Assembly: GCA_965249275.1 (NCBI GenBank)
Contig: CBDFLQ010000007.1
Coordinates: forward strand, 64,001 to 128,000
Source: Dehalococcoidia bacterium
GTDB lineage: Bacteria > Chloroflexota > Dehalococcoidia > Plut-88900
Reading direction: 5' to 3'
DNA: 64,000 nucleotides
Part shown: positions 58,608 through 64,000 of the stretch, one piece after another
Layout: the number at the start of each line of letters is the position of its first letter
How positions within the stretch are numbered: position 1 is the stretch's first letter
Program-made: the position numbers and the translations under genes
Notes under the pieces: model-generated
What the model was told of the DNA's origin: nothing
Databases searched by the model: none
The model's input: the letters and a program-made list of their open reading frames with translations, nothing else

Positions 58608-59834
58608 ATGAAAGCACTGACGAACGCCAACCTGATAGATGGCACCGGAGCTCCTGCGAAGGCGGGACACACAGTGCTGATAGATGAAGATAGGATCGTT
58701 GAAGTCGGGCCCTGGGAGAAGACCACCATTCCACCTACGGCGGACGTCACGGACCTGCAGGGGATGACCCTTATGCCGGGCCTCATCGACTGCCATGACC
58801 ACATCGCCGGTTCCGTATACGGTCTAGTCGGCAGATGGGAACTCGATGCCCCTCCCAGCCTGAGACACCTGCGTACTGCTGAAACCCTGAGAAAAACCCT
58901 CAATATGGGCTATACGGCATTCAGAGATGCCGGCGGCCTGGACCAGGGATTCAAAATGGCTATAAAGGAGGGGCTTATCCCTGGACCTCGCCTGGTATTG
59001 AGCTTGAGCATCATCTCTCCCACCGGCGGCATTGGTGATTGGTCGAGTCCCTCGGGTCATCATCGACCGGATCCCGGTAATGTCAGCTTGCCTCGCGGCG
59101 TTGCCAATGGCGTCGATGCCATCCGTGCGAAGGTCAGGGAGATTGCCCGCATGGGCGCAGACGTCATTAAGTTTGCTACAACCGGTGGGGCCAGTTCGCG
59201 CCCGGGCCACGGGCCCAAGGACATCGCATTCGGAAAGGATGAGATTTTTGCCATAGTGGAAGAGGCTCACGCCTTGGGCAAACGTGCCATGTGTCATGCC
59301 ATCGGTGGCCCGGGCCTCAAGCTCGCCGTTGAAGCAGGCGCCGACAGCATCGAACACGGCAGCTATGTTGACGAAGACCCGGAAATAATTCCCATGATGG
59401 CGGAAAAAGGCATCTTCCTGGTCCCCACATTGACCGTGTATGCCTTCCATCGCGATGCACCTGAGCCTCACTTCAGTTCCCGTGCCCAGGCGATGTACGC
59501 GCATCAGGTCGAAAGCATCCAGAAGGCGCTGGAAGCGGGAGTAAAGGTCGTGGCGGGCACCGACGCCGGCGGCTACGAACATTACATAAACGCCCAGGAG
59601 TTGCAATGGCTTGTGGAACAAGGTGGCATGACCAACAGCCAGGCCATCGTGTCGGCGACGGGATGGGCGGCGGAGTGTCTCGGTTTGGAGAAGGACATCG
59701 GCACCGTGGAGCCGGGAAAGCTCGCCGACCTGATAGTCGTGGACGGCGATCCAATTCTTAACATAAAGCTTCTACAGGACCAGTCTCGTATCAGGGCCGT
59801 AATCAAAGGCGGCGTCACTCACCTATCCAAGTAA
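58608..59834 (+). CDS. amidohydrolase (Xaa-Pro dipeptidase-like)
   Basis: PGLIDCHDH, VIK, CHA, SIEHG, GTDAG and GKLAD motifs. Confidence 0.9.
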   Translation: MKALTNANLIDGTGAPAKAGHTVLIDEDRIVEVGPWEKTTIPPTADVTDLQGMTLMPGLIDCHDHIAGSVYGLVGRWELDAPPSLRHLRTAETLRKTLNMGYTAFRDAGGLDQGFKMAIKEGLIPGPRLVLSLSIISPTGGIGDWSSPSGHHRPDPGNVSLPRGVANGVDAIRAKVREIARMGADVIKFATTGGASSRPGHGPKDIAFGKDEIFAIVEEAHALGKRAMCHAIGGPGLKLAVEAGADSIEHGSYVDEDPEIIPMMAEKGIFLVPTLTVYAFHRDAPEPHFSSRAQAMYAHQVESIQKALEAGVKVVAGTDAGGYEHYINAQELQWLVEQGGMTNSQAIVSATGWAAECLGLEKDIGTVEPGKLADLIVVDGDPILNIKLLQDQSRIRAVIKGGVTHLSK

Positions 59835-59924
59835 TCCACCCCGGCACGAAGCTTTGTCCTATCGTTCTTTCGTCCAAACGGGTTTGGCGCGACCGCCAAC
59901 GACAGGCTAGAATTACCTGCGCTC

Positions 59925-60002
<78 letters not shown>

Positions 60003-60264
60003 ATTCCCAGCACGGCACGTGCATTTTGAAAGGTTCAACCGAATATCTAAAGAGATATCACCGCGCCCACTTTTGCTATAAGATAGTCTTTTAGGCATCA
60101 CACCAGCATGTCATAGACCTGATACGCATTTGATACTACCATTGACCTTGGTCATACAACCCGCAAAGATTGGCCGGTACAATCAGGTTACCCTAACTCT
60201 GTTAAAGATACCCTTGCCTCCCAAGTTCACTCTCCATTGCCCATCGAGCGATTAATCCCACAAG

Positions 60265-60960
60265 GTGTGCCCTTTGAACCTGGATATTCTTTCTAAGCTG
60301 CTGGAATCCGCAACATGCGGCGCCTACGCCGTGTCAATAGATCAGACCATCGTACTCTGGAACCGTAATGCCGAGCGCATCCTCGGTCACTCGTCCCAAA
60401 ACGTGCTGGGCCGCAAGTGCTACGAGGTTATGGAAGGCGTCACTTCAATCGGTCTGACGCCCCAGTGCCTGGGCGGCTGCCCGTCAATGCACTACCTGCG
60501 TGCTGGGCTGATACCGGCTATGGCGCGGCTTCAAATGCTATGTTCCACCGGGGAACGCAAGTGGCTGTCCCTCACTCCCATGGTGGTTGCCGGTATCCTT
60601 AGAGACGCGCCTCTGCTGGTCCACTTGTTCGACGACGGCGAGCAAGAGGAGGATTTTGATCAGACTAGAGACTCAGTGCACGATGCACTGGCAGAGAGCG
60701 GCGCTCAGATCATCTCTGACCACCCCCCTGCCCCCCTCGGGGAGGACCCTGCACTTTCACGGCGAGAATTGGAAGTGTTGCGTTTAGTCGCACTGGGTTG
60801 GGATACTCCGCGTATAGCCGCCGAGCTGGGCATCAGCCGACACACCGTGCGCAACCATATCCGAAATCTAAGGCACAAACTCAACGCAACCACCAAGCTG
60901 GATGCTGTGATGAAAGGCATACGGTTAGGCATCCTGGCAATGGGCCGGTCATCGCGCTAG
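60265..60960 (+). CDS. PAS-domain LuxR-family transcriptional regulator
   Basis: WNRNAERILG...GRKCYEV PAS; LSRRELEVL...TVRNHIRN HTH. Confidence 0.9.
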   Translation: MCPLNLDILSKLLESATCGAYAVSIDQTIVLWNRNAERILGHSSQNVLGRKCYEVMEGVTSIGLTPQCLGGCPSMHYLRAGLIPAMARLQMLCSTGERKWLSLTPMVVAGILRDAPLLVHLFDDGEQEEDFDQTRDSVHDALAESGAQIISDHPPAPLGEDPALSRRELEVLRLVALGWDTPRIAAELGISRHTVRNHIRNLRHKLNATTKLDAVMKGIRLGILAMGRSSR

Positions 60961-61112
60961 CAAACTCGCCTGCCGACCGTGCTGCACGATATGTATCGAC
61001 GAAACCGGCAACTTGTGCGTCGCTTGAGGTATTTCCCCCTTCCCTTAGAATGAATCCTGATTCAACTGCGCCACTTGGCCAAGATTCTTAACCTTCCTGC
61101 AAGAGGTCTCAC

Positions 61113-62591
61113 GTGTTCTTAGTTCCAAGGGTGATGAGCACCCAGCACCCCGACAACGCCGTTCCTGCTCCCTTCGCAGACTCTGAAGGAGTCCTTCGCG
61201 GCAATGGTGAGGTCAACGAGGCCTTCCACATCTTTTCCTTGGGCTGCGACGAGCAGATGTGGGACTCAGAGGGCAAGGAAGCCGACAACCACGTCGTCCA
61301 GAAATTGCTGACCGGCTTCCCCGAGTTCTTCCATAATGAGCGCCGACTTGGGCGCGACGTTATCCTCACCCTGCGCGTCCCCAACCCCGGCATCGAACGG
61401 GACATGCGGAAATCCATGGTCGAAGCCCTTCAGAGCGTGCCTTCCGCCCGGGATGTTGCCGACAGCTTCTACGGCGGCATGGAAGATGCCTCGGCGCCCA
61501 TCCAGGAGGTTATACTTCCCTTCACCACCTCTGCCGAGGAACTGTTTCTCGTTGAGGCCTACTACCGTAATGTCATCGTTGGGCAGGAAACTCTCTCCCT
61601 CCTCGACGGCCAAGTCGTGAAAGACTGGGTAGGCGAGTTCTTTCCCAAGCACATCCGTGTCATCCCCCTGATAGAGGATATAGAGCACCTCTACCAGTGC
61701 GATAGCATAGTGGAGGAATATCTGAAAGGAAGAGATTTGCCGGGCCAAAGGGTCTTTCTTGCCCGGAGCGACCCGGCCCTCAACTACGGCAATGTGGCCG
61801 CGGAACTGGCGCTGAAAGTAGCCCTTGTCCGCCTCCACGAACTTGGAGGTAGATTGGGCGTGCCCATTTTCCCCATCATTGGGGTTGGCTCCGTTCCCTT
61901 CCGAGGTCACCTGACTCCCCTTAATGTCGACCGGGCCCTTCGAGAATACCCCAGCGTGCATACATTTACCGTTCAGTCCGCCTTCAAGTACGACTACGAT
62001 ATCGACGCTGTCCGTAGTGGCATCGCTCAGCTCCACGCACACGAGCCTCGTGATCCGGTCCCCATAGATCAAACCCGAGCTCGTGAAGTCATAGACAAGA
62101 CCACTGTGGAGTACCAGGCCCGCGTCCATGACCTGCTCGAAGTGATCACTAGCGTGGCAGGACACGTTCCCAGGCGCCGCGAGCGCAAAATGCATGTCGG
62201 ATTATTCGGATACGGCCGCTCTCTTGGCGGCCTCGGCGGAGCTACTCTCCCACGCGCTATCGGATTCGCAGCTTCCCTCTATTCCATAGGCGTTCCACCG
62301 GAGCTGTTGGGCCTCGCTGCCCTTGATGAGGCCGACCTTGCCTTTGTCCGGGAGTCGTGTCCCAGCCTCAATGAGGACCTGCGCGCCGCCCTGCGCTTCA
62401 CCAACGAGCGTCACGTCCTGGACCTCCTCGGCGAAAACTATCTCCGCATAGTCGCCCAATTCACCGACGAGCTGGACCGTGTCCACGAAGGTCTAACCAG
62501 TGCAATTTGGGCCGGCATCAGCCAGGAGGCCCCCGTTCACATCTCCCACTACGTGCAAGAGGCGGCTCTCCTGCGTCGCTTCCTTGGGTAA
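61113..62591 (+). CDS. ppcA: archaeal-type phosphoenolpyruvate carboxylase
   Basis: 492 aa; MSTQHPDN, MWDSEGK, FLARSDPA, PFRG, TVQSAFKYD and LPRAIGF motifs. Confidence 0.93.
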   Translation: MFLVPRVMSTQHPDNAVPAPFADSEGVLRGNGEVNEAFHIFSLGCDEQMWDSEGKEADNHVVQKLLTGFPEFFHNERRLGRDVILTLRVPNPGIERDMRKSMVEALQSVPSARDVADSFYGGMEDASAPIQEVILPFTTSAEELFLVEAYYRNVIVGQETLSLLDGQVVKDWVGEFFPKHIRVIPLIEDIEHLYQCDSIVEEYLKGRDLPGQRVFLARSDPALNYGNVAAELALKVALVRLHELGGRLGVPIFPIIGVGSVPFRGHLTPLNVDRALREYPSVHTFTVQSAFKYDYDIDAVRSGIAQLHAHEPRDPVPIDQTRAREVIDKTTVEYQARVHDLLEVITSVAGHVPRRRERKMHVGLFGYGRSLGGLGGATLPRAIGFAASLYSIGVPPELLGLAALDEADLAFVRESCPSLNEDLRAALRFTNERHVLDLLGENYLRIVAQFTDELDRVHEGLTSAIWAGISQEAPVHISHYVQEAALLRRFLG

Positions 62592-62607
62592 GCGTCTACT
62601 TTGATGA

Positions 62608-62901
62608 TCAAGTTCGAATGCGTAGAGAGTTATACCCCCTGTAGACATCGCTCCTGTGTGCAATTCGAACAACCAGCACTACAAGCTCGTTGTCCAGCGG
62701 TGTGTAGACAATTCGATAGTCTCCGACTCGCAACCTGCGCAACCCTCTTAATCCACCCCTCAGCACACTTCCAGCCAAGGGTTAATCGCCGAGACTATTG
62801 ATAACTGAGGTTACGCGTAACCTATTCTGCTGAGGGAAACTCGTCAGTTCCTTCGCAGCGCTGCGCTTAATCCGAACCGAGTATGCCGGGCCTGACATCA
62901 T
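62608..62901 (-). pseudogene. RelE/ParE toxin with in-frame TAA at 62782-62784
   Basis: MMSGPAYSVRIKRSAAKEL...SLGD*PLAGSVLRGGLRGLRRLRVGDYRIVY...VVRIAHRSDVY. Confidence 0.85.
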
Positions 62902-63088
62902 CCCAGTCCAGAATAAGGTCAGACGGGTCTCGCAGCCGGTCTAATGCTGCGGGCAGGTCATCAAAATCTTCCAAATATTGCTCCAGGGCTTGGCGCATCA
63001 CATCAGCTCGGCTGCGTCTCAGCTTGGCCGCTGCCGCATCCAAAGCTTCCACCATCTCATCCGACACACGCGTTGTAATTCTAGTCAT
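62867..63088 (-). CDS. RHH (CopG/RelB-like) antitoxin
   Basis: MTRITTRVSDEMVEALD...SRADVMRQALEQYLEDFDD; GGAG RBS; overlaps the toxin start. Confidence 0.8.
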   Translation of the reverse strand: MTRITTRVSDEMVEALDAAAAKLRRSRADVMRQALEQYLEDFDDLPAALDRLRDPSDLILDWDDVRPGILGSD

Positions 63089-63208
63089 TGGACATGCTCC
63101 GTGAGGCACTAGGAGCTATGGAATCCCATTTACAATTCTTAGGATTACGATAGCCTTAACAGTAGTGACTGTCAAAGGACCGCCGACTCACGAAAAACCT
63201 CAACGCGA

Positions 63209-63241
63209 TAAGGCGGGAGCGCCAAGAGCGCTCCCGCCTTA
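63209..63241. terminator. perfect 14-bp hairpin terminator
   Basis: TAAGGCGGGAGCGC-CAAGA-GCGCTCCCGCCTTA. Confidence 0.8.
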
Positions 63242-63274
63242 ATCTGGAATTGCCCTCCCGCTTTTCGGGCCCGA

Positions 63275-63368
63275 TCTACTCCCTTATACCAACGGGCAAC
63301 TCGGGATCGCAGAATGCCAGATCCAAACTGTCAAAGTCGCTTTCGGGCACGTCCTGTAGCTGCTTTTG
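63275..63368 (-). pseudogene. orphan 3' gene remnant, possibly the C-cap of an LRR protein
   Basis: QKQLQDVPESDFDSLDLAFCDPELPVGIRE* followed by the terminator; no start codon. Confidence 0.35.
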
Positions 63369-63493
63369 ACCGGCCGTTTACATCATCCTGATATCCGGTG
63401 CTGTGAGGCAATAAAGGTCGGTTTTCTGTGTAAATCGCCTTACATACACCTATTTTGCTCCATCACCTGTTACCGTTTATCATTCAACTGGTG

Positions 63494-64000
63494 ATGCATT
63501 ACGGGATTAGAATACGCCGATTCGCTCTTGCGATTGCATTCCTGATCGTTTCCCTGACCCTGGTGGTCGCCTGCTCTTCGCCCCCGAGCATTGATGGACC
63601 AACCCCCACCCCAGCCCCGCCCACAGGGCAGGAACTCTTCGCAGCTACTTGCGCCACGTGCCACGGCGCCGAGGGCCAAGGCCAGTCCGACTGGCATATC
63701 CGCAAGCCTGATGGCATCTTCCCCGCCCCTCCCCTGAACGGAGATGGCCACACTTGGCACCACGGAGATGGGCTGCTCTACAGTATAGTGAGCCAGGGCG
63801 GACAGCTCTGGGAAGACCCTAACTTGCCACAGTTCAAGAGTGGCATGCCTGCATTTGGAGAACAGTTCACCCACGATGAGATTGTTGCAGTGCTCGAATA
63901 CGTCAAGAGTCTCTGGGATGACAAAGAAATCCGCGGCGTCTCCATCATCGAGCACCAGGCCCTCATGAGCGAAACCGACCCTTTTCCTTCCGACGGAAGC
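63494..64000 (+). CDS. c-type cytochrome lipoprotein (runs off window edge)
   Basis: Lipobox VVAC; CATCH haem motif; APPLNGDGHTWHH; MPAF axial Met. Confidence 0.92.
   Translation, partial: MHYGIRIRRFALAIAFLIVSLTLVVACSSPPSIDGPTPTPAPPTGQELFAATCATCHGAEGQGQSDWHIRKPDGIFPAPPLNGDGHTWHHGDGLLYSIVSQGGQLWEDPNLPQFKSGMPAFGEQFTHDEIVAVLEYVKSLWDDKEIRGVSIIEHQALMSETDPFPSDGS

Noticed and set aside
62782-62784. Stop-codon recoding in relE
   Set aside because: The codon is TAA at a non-Cys position with no SECIS-like element; a simple nonsense change is more likely.

Overview
GC-rich bacterial chromosomal segment. Gene content (rpmH-rnpA-yidD-PQQ-propeller-yidC-jag operon, DUF5679, many amidohydrolase/TPP/FAD paralogs, a 10x FN3 surface protein) suggests Chloroflexota, probably Dehalococcoidia/SAR202-like and possibly host-associated; this is inference. 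Core genes: ssrA, smpB, rnhA, rnpB, sbcC, cmk, glmS, pckA, rpmH, rnpA, yidD, yidC, jag, tRNA-Pro(TGG), tRNA-Ala(TGC), and a DtxR-family regulator divergent from an Fe3+ ABC transporter. Main observations: (1) a stand-alone, motif-intact terminase pair (TerS-like plus TerL) behind a promoter with a LexA-like box and with no other phage genes nearby, a candidate domesticated or GTA-like packaging module; (2) a split ORF that is really one PrdB/GrdB-like selenoprotein with an in-frame UGA, a SECIS-like hairpin and an unusual U-x-x-D site, flanked by a duplicated gene end; (3) three zinc-ribbon CD225/dispanin (IFITM-like) paralogs with DUF2752, a J-domain and a retropepsin pair; (4) ppx followed by two thymidylate-kinase-like genes, a candidate heteromeric polyphosphate kinase; (5) a CTG-start rnpA, an overprinted YidC basic tail, an archaeal-type PEP carboxylase, a RelE pseudogene and REP-like palindromes. 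No CRISPR array, rRNA, integrase or transposase was seen. All calls come from reading motifs by eye; no database searches were run.
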